A stretch of DNA of 64,000 nucleotides, taken from Oopsacas minuta. Its lineage: Eukaryota > Animalia > Porifera. Under the pieces are notes generated by a model. It was given only the letters and a program-made list of their open reading frames with translations. It was not told where the DNA came from and did not search any database. Position numbers and translations under genes: made by a program. Shown here piece by piece: positions 50,302-62,987 of the stretch (its first letter is position 1; each line of letters begins with the position of its first letter). The stretch spans positions 186,001 to 250,000 of the forward strand of contig JAKMXF010000334.1 in assembly GCA_024704765.1 (NCBI GenBank), given 5' to 3'.

Positions 50302-53249
50302 ATGTCGAAAGCAAAACCCATTCAAGTGGTAATACTCTCTTCGTTTTCTCTTCCTTCCAATACTGCATCAAGTGAAGATGTCCTGAGTCAGTGGGATCGT
50401 CACCATAAACATTATATTCTATCGCTAAGACAGTATTTATCTCAGAACCTGGATAGAAGTAATCAAATATTTTTAGATTTAGAATTGAAAGATAATCCGA
50501 ATTGGCATATTAATCTAATCGGTCCTGAATCTACAGTGATAATTATATTGAGTAGCGGGCTATTGGAATTCTATAATAAACCTGATAGACGGCCAATTAC
50601 TGATAATGATAGACACACTTCTCTTGTTGTAAATCTTATCAAAGGGCTGGATGCGAATCATAATTGTACCAAAAAATACTTTTTCGTGATATTTGAAGAG
50701 AATTTACTCTCGATAATTCCAGTTATATGGCAAGGTTCAATTTGTCACGTGAAATCTGAGACTGATCATAGAAAGGTAATGACAATAATAAAGGATGAAC
50801 CTCAAAGCCAGCAGACATTTTCCACTTCCTTTGAACCCCTATCAATGATATACAATGATGATCAGGCTAAATTTATCAATTATTGGAAGGCAATCTATAG
50901 AGAAGACAAATCACATACAAATTTGAGTATGTATTATATTGAGCAGAAACTCACAAAGCAAGTAACTGATGATTCTCCAGATAATGTAAGTAATACCGGT
51001 GGGAGTGATGAGTTGATGACTGATCAGCTGTATGGTGATGCAAATGACTTGATGAATAAAATGATTGTAATTCAAGGAGCTAATGGATGTGGGAAGTCTG
51101 CACTCGCACAGATGCTCTGCCATCGATGGGGTAAGGGAGAAAGTTTGAAAATGTTCAGAGCTCTTGTTTTCATTGAACTAAATGAGGATAATATTCAAAA
51201 GCCTATGATAGAATTGATGAGATTCATTCCACACGAATCTGCCGCCAAGAAGGAAATTATTCTTAACGGGCTATCTGCAACTCAGGATGTACTGTTCATA
51301 TTGGATGTTGAAAACTATCCTTGGAGAAAATGCAAAAATTTTAAGTCCACTGAAATCGGACAGCTATTACTTCACCAAAGAACAGAAAGTCTACTCGTAT
51401 TAACGAATCAACTTGCCAGTAACGAAGATGATAAACGAATAATCGATGAAGCTGATATCATCTATGAATTGCAGAGTTTTGATCAAGATCAACTCAAACA
51501 TTTTTTTTGGAAAAGGACTTGTCCTATGGATATGAAATGTTCAGAAATATTTCAAGAATTGTGTAAGCTTCCCCTCTATGCCGTGATGATCCCCAGGAGT
51601 GAGGAAGTTGTTAAACATACTAATCTCACCGCGTTTTGTAAGGGCATTGTTGTCCAAATTCTGGCTAAAACCTTCCCAAAAGTTTGTTTAGAATCACTCG
51701 AACAATTTCTGAAGGAAAATAATACATTTAAGAACATCTGTAATTTAGCTTGGGACCTTATAAATGACCAAACTAACACAATACCAATAACTGATGTAAG
51801 AGCTAAAAATATCAACAGACAGGAAGGTGGATTGGGATTCCTGGATTTTATCACCAAACCGAATGACAAAAAAATTTGCACAGATTTCCTAGTTTTCCGT
51901 CTGAAGACGATTCAACATTTTTTGGCAGCTCTTCATTTCGTATATACAGTATGCACCCCTGAAATAGGGAGGGACTTTCTATTGACGTTAATGTCAGACC
52001 ATTCTATTCACAATGTTTGGAGATTTGTGACAGGTTTATTGAATGATAAGAAAAAAATACATTCTTTATTGAAGTCTCTCGGGTCCAATCATGCACCTCC
52101 CAAGCTTCTCTACGTACAAGCCATTTCTGAGAGTGAGATGAAATTCGATGAAATGGACACAGAGCTCAAAGAGATAGTATCTACCTGGATAAATTCTTTT
52201 AATTGGGAGAAGATTTCTTTATATCCTAGCGATTGTTTGGCTATCATAAAAACCCTCAATTACCTCGGAGAAAAGGAAAAGCGAAGGATTTTAGAAGAAG
52301 TTAAAGAGCTAAATTTTTCAAATTGTAATCTGGGTAATGAAGGTATGTTTCATTAAATTGAATGTCTGTCTATGCTCACAAATGTTAAGCTTATTAATAT
52401 GGGAGGAAATCCAAACTTTTTGAATCCTTTATCCAGGAATGGTTGCGTTGGATATTTGAAAGAAATACTAAAGAATAATTCTCGTACTTTAAAGCGATTA
52501 TATCTTGGATCTTCTGGCCTAAACTTTACAGGATTGCGTATTTTGAAGCCGACCCTCCTTAAGTTGACAGATCTAACTGAATTAGATTTATCTAGAAATA
52601 GCCATCTGGATTCTAAGGGTTGGAGCTTATTTGCAGATATTCTAAAGAACCTCAAAAACAAAGAACTCTTGAAACTATTCTTAGCTGATAACAATATTGA
52701 TTCTAACAGTTTCATAAGTATCCTAGAACAACTGAAGAAGTACCCGTTTCTTAAATATTTGAATTTTTGTGGCAATCACATAACTTCAAAAATAATGGAC
52801 AGTTTGATAGAAGTTCTAATGAGAATTAACATTAGGAGATTATTCCTTTCAAACTGCAGAATCAATAACAGTGTATTTACAATTCTATTGAATTTTATCC
52901 GTGAGAATGAAGCAAAATTAGATTCTCTTGTTTCCCTCAGTTTAGCCTTGAATGAATTTGATAACAATATCGTTGGAAAATGATGGATTCTCTGAAACTT
53001 ACCAAAAAGTTGCAAACTTTAGTTTTGAACCACAACAAAATTGGCGATAATTCGTCAATGCAGATTCTTTCTGATAGCTTGAAAGACATGCCTGCTATTG
53101 GTGCTATATGCGTATCTCATTGTGGGATCCAAGAAGAGGGAGCGATTATATTATGCAGTAATTCTCATAATGTTTCTGTGGATTTAAGGAAAAATAATAT
53201 TAGGAAGGATTCTGAAAAGTTTAAAAAGTTTGGTCATACTCTAATATAG
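50302..53249 (+). CDS. NLR-type protein: SEFIR-like domain + NACHT + LRR; probable intron 52343-52436 and two apparent 1-bp deletions in the LRR region
   Basis: NACHT: IVIQGANGCGKS..HRWGKG..FRALVFIEL, LFILD, FRLKTIQHFLAAL, VWRFVTGLL; ribonuclease-inhibitor-type LRRs (ELNFSNCNLGNEG, LTELDLSRN, LFLADNNI, LQTLVLNHNKIG); N-terminal about 165 aa with SEFIR-like pattern. Confidence 0.85.
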
Positions 53250-54279
53250 TTAATACGAAATTCTTCAGTTTGTACATTTATTTCTTTTTCCTACGTTTTT
53301 ATTAATTATCCCCGATGTGGGTTGTTGATTATTTTATCAAACATTTTATTCGATTTCTGCATGCAACGTATTATGCTCTATGTTTTATTTGTTGTTATAT
53401 TCTATCTTTTCTAGTTTCATTCAAGTTTGCCTTTTCATGTATGTAGAATTTATTAGTGTATATACAGTGTCAACAGGATAAGCCAACTGTTCCTGTTTTC
53501 GGATATGTATTGAGGTAAGGTCCCACTACGAGCTTTAATTGGCTCGCTTTTTGTAGTCCACTAATTCCAGTCTAATGTAACTGCTTCCCGCGATGCCTCG
53601 CTAAATTCCTACAGTCGAAATCGGATTAATTTTGATTATGTATGTGTGTACAACTGTACGTATTGTACAAATGAATTAGTGCATAAAATTGTGGCGTAAT
53701 ACACTGTTTGGTGGATTATCGGGGTGATACTGTATCCTGTAATTTGATACTGGGGGATGTTTGGGATCTTAAAGGTTAGCAGAGTTGAGTCTCCCTCACT
53801 ATTATTGTTATACTACTTTTCCAATAGAGATTAAGAGATGAAATACAAGAGAGGCACGTATTAATGTCCCAATATTATAGTAACAATAAACCTCAGGTTA
53901 TTTATTAACAATTATATTATTGATTTCTCTTGACTTTACTGCAATGGTTCTCAGTAAAAGTTATTTTGAGAATTATGCACCGTTTAGCCTTTATAGTTAT
54001 ACCATAACGTTAGCATGTACGAATAACGTATGACAATATCGCATCCATCCAGGTACCAGGTGACCAGCTTTTGACTATAAAACTAATGGGCCAATAATTC
54101 CAGCTCCAGGTTACATAATAACCAGCATTCACTCAAACGTAGTGGATAGGTTTTTATGACACAAAGCTTGAATATTCAAAGATGTTACTCAATATTAAAT
54201 TTATTATACTTGTATATTTTGTTTTATTACTTTATCAAATCTACTTATAGCAAGAGTCATACATAGAGCAGGATTCTAG

Positions 54280-57200
54280 ATGGATAGAGTGAAATCTTAC
54301 TTCACATCGCTATTCAAGAGTAAAAGTACAGACACAGCTGATCCGTTTAACATATTAGTTTTGTGTAATGAGTGTCTAAGTCCTGTTCATTCACCTGACC
54401 ACTACCATAGATGTGTTGAATGTCTTGAAGTTTATGATCTTTGTAATATTTGTATGACCCAAGGTAAAGGAAGCCAACACACAGAAATCCATGGCAAAGA
54501 ACATTACTTCTACTCTGAAAACAGACAATTAAATGATATACTCCAGGGTCTTAGTCAGACCAAATCTATAGAATCGCTATTCTTCTCTGCTTTTAAGGAA
54601 TTTTCTACTAAACCTGCATTTGGTAGCTATGATGTTCAGAAAAAAAAGTTCGTTTATATAACATTTGGAGAAGTGTTCAAAGAGATTGAGAGGTTCGCTT
54701 CTGGATTGTTAGCAATGGGAATCGTACGATGCAATTCTAAAGGCATTATTCCACATCAAATATTCGCTATTTGTTCAATTTCTCGAGCAGAATTTTTCAT
54801 AGCAGACGTGGCATTAATGTTCTTAGGTATAACATCTGCTCCTATTACAGCTTCTGATGATATAATTAATTTCAGAGCTATTCTCTTTCAGACAGAATCT
54901 GAGACTATTATATGTTCTAAACAAGTGCTATCTAAGGCGAGTAATCTTACTGGAGGTTTATAGCTTTATATAAAGCGCGAATACAATCGGATTCGAATAT
55001 GAATTTTCCGTAAAACAAATACGTATCTACTTTTTCAAAAATTTGTAAAATACAGTAAAGTTACAGAACAGTACGAGTGTTGGAGTAAGCATCGCGATGT
55101 AGCATCGAGTAATGAGCACAATTTAACACTTAATAACTGTCAATTTGCTACCTATTCACCTGGAACTTGTTGAGTACCTTCATTTTGTTTGGGGTTTTCT
55201 CATATAAATAATCTATCTGTATCAAACCTAATCATGCCACAATGACATTGCAAACTTTGTAATGCGAAATCTCCATAAAGGAATACAGAGTTATTAAGTG
55301 TTTAAGTTGTGCTTATTGCTCGCTGCTAACACCACGCTCATCAGAACAGTAGACTCTGCTTCATATAGCCATGTATGACTACCCTATTGTCCGAATACAG
55401 ATTGGCCTAGAGCAGCCAGATATAATCTTAACTGACTAAGAAATATTTATCTCATATTAATGAGAAACATTGTGCACATGCACTTTTCTGCCATGCAGGT
55501 TTAGCCATATCATAACTGTCTTTTTAATTGATAGGTTTTGACAGCTGTCAGTAATGAGAATGGAGGGAGTAAAGTCAGATATGTTATTTGTATGGATGAG
55601 ACCGGAGATACAGTATTATCTCATAAGTCTGTAAATCTGTTGGGTTGGAAACAAGTATGTGATGATGGAGAACAGCACTTAGTGGACATGGATTCATTCA
55701 AAAGTCAGTTGAATAAGAAAATTTCTGTATATATTCTGATGCATTCGAGTCTAGATAATTTTTCATTATACATCAGTGATCAGTAAAGACACCGAAATTT
55801 AACAAACATCCTTAAAATCCTTCAGAAATTTCATTATTGGCACATTTGAGGCCATTTTTCTAGAAAGAATTAGATTTGGAAAGTCAAACATTTCTGACCG
55901 CGCTCTATATGCGAACATTTATTGCCAAAGATTTTATAGAAAACCAATGGTATAGGGGGATAGGGAATTGTCAGGGCTATTGTATTAGCCTGTAGCTCCA
56001 AAATATAATGAGTTATGACAGTTTAAAGTTAGAGGATAGTGGAAAATTTGCTCATGTCAACTTGAAACGGTCATAACTCCGTCAATTTTGGAGCTCCATA
56101 GTAGGTTCATTCTCTAGTTGCTTTCCCAATCAAAACTATCGTTTTTCACTAATAAATATCAGCAAATAGTGCGAGATCAGTATTTTTTTAAATCAAAAAA
56201 TGTTTGGCATTTGGATTAAAATCCGCCAATAATGAAAATTTTGACTGATTTTAAGGATACCTGTCAAAGTTCGGTGATTTGCTGGTGCATACGTATCGAA
56301 TTTTATGGAATTGAATATTTTCCTATGGAAAACGATTAAGCCTGTATCCATTCATTTAATGATACAAGGATCATTCATGACTTTCAACTTTATCATTTGT
56401 TTAGCATCTAATGATAGTATTTTCACTTTGATATATACAAGTGGTACTACTGGTACCCCTAAGGGTTGCATATTCACCAGACAGTCATACTATGAATTGA
56501 TAAAAGGAACTCTGTCAATATCTTCTATCTGTGAGGTATGGTTAGCTTTTCATCCTCCTTCTCACCAAATGGAGAGGAGATCTGTTCTTTGTAACATGTG
56601 TTCTGGAATGAGAGTAGCGTTTTACAGGTAAATTTAATGTCCTCTCTGTTAGTACGCTCGATCCTGCGAAATGTAACTGTCCAGATAGATATTAAAATCG
56701 GTATATAACTAACATAAGGTATATACAGGATAGCTTTTAATATAATTTTGGATACTGAGTTTCCTATATTATACTAAGCACAAGAATTCTAGGCATACCA
56801 TACTAATATTCGTATTGTTTATCAGAATTATACGTATTATTCACTTAATTCTTATGCCGTAGAACCACTATAATTAGGGGAGGTCGGGGCGGCGAATCTC
56901 CTGGTAACCCTCCATCTTACCTTTATAATTTCGAGTGCAAATGTCTTACCAGAGATTTTTGTAGTCAATTTGTGTTACCACTTCCTCCAACGATTGTCTT
57001 TAAATGAATTTGATTATTATAATATGCCCTAAGGTCGTTGGTTGAATTGAAAATTTGTAATAATTTTTCTTCTGAGAAACACAACATTTCAATTCGTCAT
57101 AGCGAAAATATGTGGTTTTTTGCAGGTTTAGCACAAAAATTGATTATTCAAGAAAACTGATCGTAGATTTCCCCACTTATAGAGGTAAATTTCATCTAAG

Positions 57201-60200
57201 CAGGTGATCTAGTGCATCTGACGGGTCGTTTGCTATCTTGGATGCTCTGAAGGCTCTTGACTGATATGTGTTTTTGCACATCTCCCGCGGAGGGTGGTAG
57301 GACTGGTTGGCGGGATTGCTGTGTTATGGGCATTGGCGTAGCTGCAACAGGATTTTTGAGGGGGGCGCAGTCTCTAAAATATATCCAGTTTCCCACCATC
57401 CCTTGGTAAAATCATATTCAATAATTTTTGGAGGGGTCTACCGAGAAATTTGGGGGGTCAGGTCCCCCAGAGGTCCCCGGCGCTACACCATGGTCGTTAC
57501 AGGTTTGGCAGTTGTGGTTTTTGAATGTGTCGAGTAGGAGGGAAGACGGAAGGGCACCTAACCCACCTTCCCTAAATGAGAAGGAGTTACTTCTTTTAGT
57601 AGTTCCTGATTCCTGGATGGTGACTCGTCAGACCTCCATATTGATTTGGTGGTGTGTTGGGAGTGTTGTCAGTTTCTGCGTTGCATTGAGCGGTCCTTTC
57701 TTTGGGCATGTTTTATTAGAGGTTGAACTGCCGAAGTGCTTCCTTTCGTTCTTTGCTGTCCTGTCCCTTCCGCATTTAGCACAGATTGCAATTGCTTTGC
57801 AGACAGAAACTAGCTGAGAGTAGATGTTTGTTTGTTGATTTGTTTCCTTAATGCTAGTGGGAGTGTTTTTGAGTGCTCTTCTAGTGATTTAAACCGGGGT
57901 GGAATTGAAGTGTGTCTGTGTACTTTTTTCTGTTGTTGTTAGAATGGCGTTTGTAGTCAGATATTTGGCACAGGGATATTGGGTTGGGACAATAAGCTGC
58001 AAGATGAGGATTTTCTTGGGTTTTGCAGCTATTAGCAGTCGTTCACTTACTGATGCAGCATAGCTGTGTAGTTTTGGTCCCGTTTTCCTCTCTATGGGGC
58101 TAAATAATTCGCTATTGCGGATTTCTGTTTGTAGTAGGGTTGTGAGAAAGTTTCGGGCTATGGTATTTGTGTCTAAAGTGGAGGGCCTGCATTAGTGTTC
58201 TGTACGTGTGTGAGGGGAATTCTGGGAGGTTTAGTAGTGGTAGATAATTCTTTTGTAAAGTTGTTTTATTTTTGTTCCTTATTGTTCTTGGCTTTTGTCA
58301 CATACTGTATTCGTCGGGATGTCCAGTTCTAATTGTTCTAGTGTCGCGGCTGCAAGCAGCCTGATATAATATGTTTGAATTGCATGCGGTACAGAACATA
58401 CTAAATTATCAATTGCTTAGGAGATTGAGAGTTTCTGTGGAAATGTAAGCTTGTTTGGTTGTGGGTGTTCCAAGTAGAAGTATTCGTCACTGTTTAGGAT
58501 CTTGTATGCGTATGGAGGGCAGGTACGAGGGAGGTTAGTAAGGTAGCTACCATTGGTGGTTGCTGGGTCTGCTTGTGGGGTGGAGTTTGCAGGTGGTGTT
58601 GTAGGGGTGGCTATTGGTGGATCGTTTGGAGGTTTAGAGCTTGTAGGTTGTGAGGGTACATCAGGTCCTTGTGTCCCAGTCGTTATGCTGAAGTTTGATA
58701 TATTGGGAAACTCGTCGAAGAATTTAGAAAGCCGTGGCGATCTGTTAATTGGCGAGCCCGTTCTTGAGTTTGAAGGCTCGTTGGGTGTAGGGACATTTAG
58801 CAATGATCTCCTGATTTGTTCACTGGTGAGGTATTGTGCAGCTTTGGAGATCTGTAGTTTGCAGCTCCACTGGGAAGAATACTATGTCGTTTTCTTCTCG
58901 GGACCTGAAACTATTATACATACAGGGACATTTACTATATCAGAACGGCAATAATGTCTATACCCGACGGAATTCTGTTCGAAGAAATATGTGTGTTTCA
59001 GTTGGAAACAATTCGAAAACACTGCCTTAGGGAATCTCCCTATAGATACTGCACTAAAATGGAGTTTAGCATATAGATGATAAATACTTATTTGAAAGGA
59101 TAATTATATATTTCTTAGAGGAGACATGGGCTGTATCATGGAGGACATCTCTCTAGTAAGACCAACTTTGTTGGCCTGTACCCCCAGATTCTGGTCCAGT
59201 CTATATCAACATTACAGAATAATGGTGGATAAAGAGTACAGTTCTATATGTGAATCTTCTCTACAAAACTCAGAGAATGATATAGATGGAGTAAGACTAG
59301 CACTAGGAGATGTTCTGAATTCTGAAAATATTCCTATTCATGAAGAGGTGATATATTATTTTGCTATTTAGTCATACTACCTTATTCGATCTAATTCAGG
59401 CGCCATTCTAGGTTAAGCGCCGTCTAGAACCAATCATATTTATTTGGTTCAAAGCAGTGGCGGATTCTTTAAAAAATTCTGGGGAGCAAAATGGAACTTA
59501 TCAGAGCTAGTTTTGGATTTCATTATAGAAGACTACACAGTACGCCTACTAGATACATATAGCCTCACTTAAAGAAGTTAATTATGACCTCCAAAACCAT
59601 CGCTGTCAGCACTGCAACAGTCAAGAGAAGCTTTAGTGCTATGAATAGAATATTAAGTTGGGCTAGATTTAGCCTTGATAGCACTAGAGCAAGTGATTTG
59701 ATGACAATTTCCTTGAGTAGAGAAATTGTGAAAGCAATCAATTTAGATAATGTGTTGGAAAGGTGGATGATGTAAAAGAGGCGCGTGATTCCATTCTAGC
59801 TAATACGCCTTCTTTCTTGTAGAATTTCCAAAAAATTATATTCTTTCTTGTTTACTAATAAATTTCAGTTATTCTAATGTTGAAAACTGGGGGGGGGGGG
59901 CGATTGCCCCCTTGCCCCCCCGAAGAATCCGCTGTTGGTAAAAATATCCAGCCAACAGACTGGTAGTGCAGCTCAGTATTGTGTTTTTTGTTCTTTTCAA
60001 GTGGGCACCCCCCCCCTTGATACACCGTGTAAATTCCGAAATGCACCAGATCCCGACTGATTTTAGGCTCCTATATCTGATATATATTTCAGGATATTCA
60101 ATATTATTCGTCCCCTAATGAACTTCATTTTCTATCCTCAAATCTTGTGGTTAAAACTCTAAATAAATAAATAAATAACCCCCTGTCTAACATTTGAAAA

Positions 60201-62987
60201 GAAATCTCTTAGCATGATTTTGAATAAAATGCAAAATGGTATGAAATATGCAGTTTAGAAGACAATCATATCCGAGGAGCAAATCTCTGACCCAAAATGT
60301 ATTTGTGAACTATTTGAATTAGACTGCTAGATTTCGCACGGACGTTCTGACGTCGTACATCGTCCATGCCATTAGGGCATCTCCCTATAAGAGCTGCACT
60401 AAAAACGGAGCCTGAATTAGAGCGATTACGGAAGTGCTTATATGAAATTTATTTCGATTTTCGAAATTAGCAACTCCATTCTGGTATGAATATGTGATTA
60501 GGTGTAATAGAGATGAATTCTTAATCATTAGAACATCCTTTTTTTAGCAAACTTTACCTGAAATTCAAACTCCACCATCTAATAATGTAGAGCTGTCTAA
60601 TCAACTACGAGATATAGAAAATAAAGTAATAGAACAGTTTTCAGGAATTCTAGGAGGGAGATTACGTATCATCGTTACAGGAGGAGCTCCTACTTCTCCA
60701 GAAGTTTTCAAGTTTCTAAAAAGATGCTTCGACTGCTTTGTAAAGGAGAGTTATGGCGCTACTGAAGTAGGAGCTATAGCGTTAGGAGAGTTTGTGTCTC
60801 CAGGTAACAAACTCTAAAATAGTTTCAGTAATGATAAAAGAGTCATATAATAATAATAATGAATGTAATTATCAATTCCCAGAGCAGGTATAGTTTGAAA
60901 ATCGTTCAAATTGGCTATGATGACAAATCAAATTCAATACTGCTTGCACAACATTCGTGATTATGTACATGAGGCTTAATTCTAATGCATATGGAACAGT
61001 ACCGTTCTGATTAGCGAGGGTGTACTGTAATACAGACAATTTCTATAAATCTGATTGTTTTCGTAGGTGCAGAAGTGAAACTAGTTGATGTTCCTGAGAT
61101 GGGATATCTGGGGAGTGACGATCCTCCCCGAGGAGAGATTTGTGTCCGCACAACTAACATGGTTAAGGGATACTACAAAAATGAGAAAGAGACTGAAGAA
61201 AGATTCGTAGACGGTTTCTTCCGTACAGGAGATATCGGAATTATTGAGAAAAGTGGGAAAATTAAAATTATTGATAGAAAGAAGAATCTATTCAAACTTT
61301 CACAAGGTATTAACTGTTTATATAGTAATGTAATTGGATTCAATTTATTTGTGAACTTCATACACTATACAACACTGATTCAAGACATACTATGGGATCA
61401 TATGTTATTAGGACATGTACGTAAAGTAAATTTGATTGTTTCTCATCCATGATTTCTAGCAGACTGAAAACTGCGTTTTATTTTTAGCTACGAGCGTACT
61501 TCGCCTGCTAGTACTACGCGGTTGCGAACGCTTCGTGTCCACACTCAGGCCTATGGCCCTCGGGTATATAAACTCATAATCTTAACCGTAGCAAACATGA
61601 TACTGCCATAATCTATAAATCTGCTTACTTTATATCCCCAAAAGTGAACAAATATTTATGAAATGTTGTATACAATATCATATTAGGGCTCAATATATTC
61701 GATTATCTCAGTCGTTGAAAGTATGATTCTAACTCAATTTTGAAATTTGCTTACTTTATATTCATAAAAATAACAATAAATTTAAATATGATTAATCCAA
61801 AAGTGCAAAAATCGGATTTAGTATGTTAGATATATTTAGTGAAGTTTTATTGAATTCTATTTTAACTTCCTTGATAAACACGAAAAATACATAGTTATGC
61901 GACAATTTCAAAATTGCATACCGTAAATCCTTTCCTTGACAACGGACAAACTAACAAACAAACAACAATTAAGATTTAATAATATAGAATTTGTAAGGAT
62001 CCTCGGATATAGAGTAATTGGCAATTTGTAGGTAAATATCAGTAGTCCACCCGATAGATATTATTCAAGTAGCTTGGCGCATTTTCTTGCATTGGTATCT
62101 AATTATTGAATCGTACTTTGATGTTCATCATCTACATTCTTCAAATGTAAGGTATAAATAGGTTACTTAGCATCTTTAATCTTTGTAGGAGAGTTCGTTT
62201 CACCTGAGCGTATTGAAGGAATATTTTGCTCTAACTCTAACTATATTCAACAGATGTTTGTATACGGGGAATCCTTATGGAATAATCCTGTGTGTGTGGT
62301 AGTACCCAATAGAGAATACGTCATTAATTCAGCACTTGCTATGTCTCATCAAGAGTTATCATATTCCCAGCTGTGTACTACTACTGGATTATTAGACAAT
62401 ATACTCATGCAAGAGGTAAATGTACTATATTCTTCCAATATTATACATGTAAACTTTACTGTATTCTATTATTTGCAATCCATATATCAACAAATGATAC
62501 AGTTGTAGCCTCCACAAACGTTTCCACGTTTCTTCCAAATTTGGTGTTTATGGAGATTCATCTGTATGTGCATGGGACTATAGGATTCCCTCTACGTATA
62601 TTGTGGAAAATTTGTGGCTCAGATTGACATCAAAAGGCAGTGGAGATATCTAATTACTGTATCCGCGATAAAGTAATTAGATATGTCCATGACCGTTCAT
62701 TATTCGCGTTTGTAAAATATTTTCAGAATTGCTTGCTACGTTAACATTATTTCTAGATAAGACAAGTCTATTCTAAATCAGGCCTATCCCCCTGGGAGGT
62801 ACCAGTTGCAGTGTTAGTAGAAGAAAACGAGTTTACAGCTACCAACAATCTCCTCACAGCTACCTTCAAGCACTGTAGGCCTAGACTCAGTATCAAATAC
62901 CATGACAAGCTATCAGAACTACACACAGCAGCTGAAGCAAAATTATGTGCACTTACACAGAACAAAATGTTAGATGTTGTATCACAG
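54280..62987 (+). CDS. ZZ zinc finger + long-chain acyl-CoA synthetase/CAR-type adenylation enzyme, 3'-partial. Exons: 54280-54936, 55535-55703, 56405-56627, 59119-59347, 60548-60803, 61067-61306, 62189-62415, 62757-62987
   Basis: CNEC..HRCVECLEVYDLCNIC..H..H (ZZ); YTSGTTGTPKG, IIVTGGAP, ESYGATE, RGEICVR, FRTGDIG, IIDRKKNLFKLSQG/EFVSPERIE; phase-compatible junctions; last visible exon ends at a donor CAG|gtgtgt without a stop. Confidence 0.88.
57190..59030 (-). mobile_element. Decayed non-LTR retrotransposon ORF1 (gag-like) region in intron 3 of the adenylation gene, interrupted by a small GC-rich MITE-like insert (about 57331-57492)
   Basis: A/C-rich minus strand; P/S/T-rich ORF 58803-58417; knuckle remnants VCKAIAICAKCG..HFGSSTSNKTCP around 57800-57700; many stops. 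Boundaries approximate. Confidence 0.45.
59455..59937 (+). mobile_element. Internally deleted hAT element retaining a C-terminal dimerisation-domain fragment
   Basis: TIRs CAGTGGCGGATTCT / AGAATCCGCTGTTG; ORF 59584-59775 AVSTATVKRSFSAMNRI..R.SL..ASDLMTI resembles hATC; TSD degenerate. Confidence 0.7.

Noticed and set aside
57428-58954. Plus-strand ORFs 57428-57817 and 58553-58954
   Set aside because: G/V-rich antisense shadows of the minus-strand retroelement-like sequence; no motifs.
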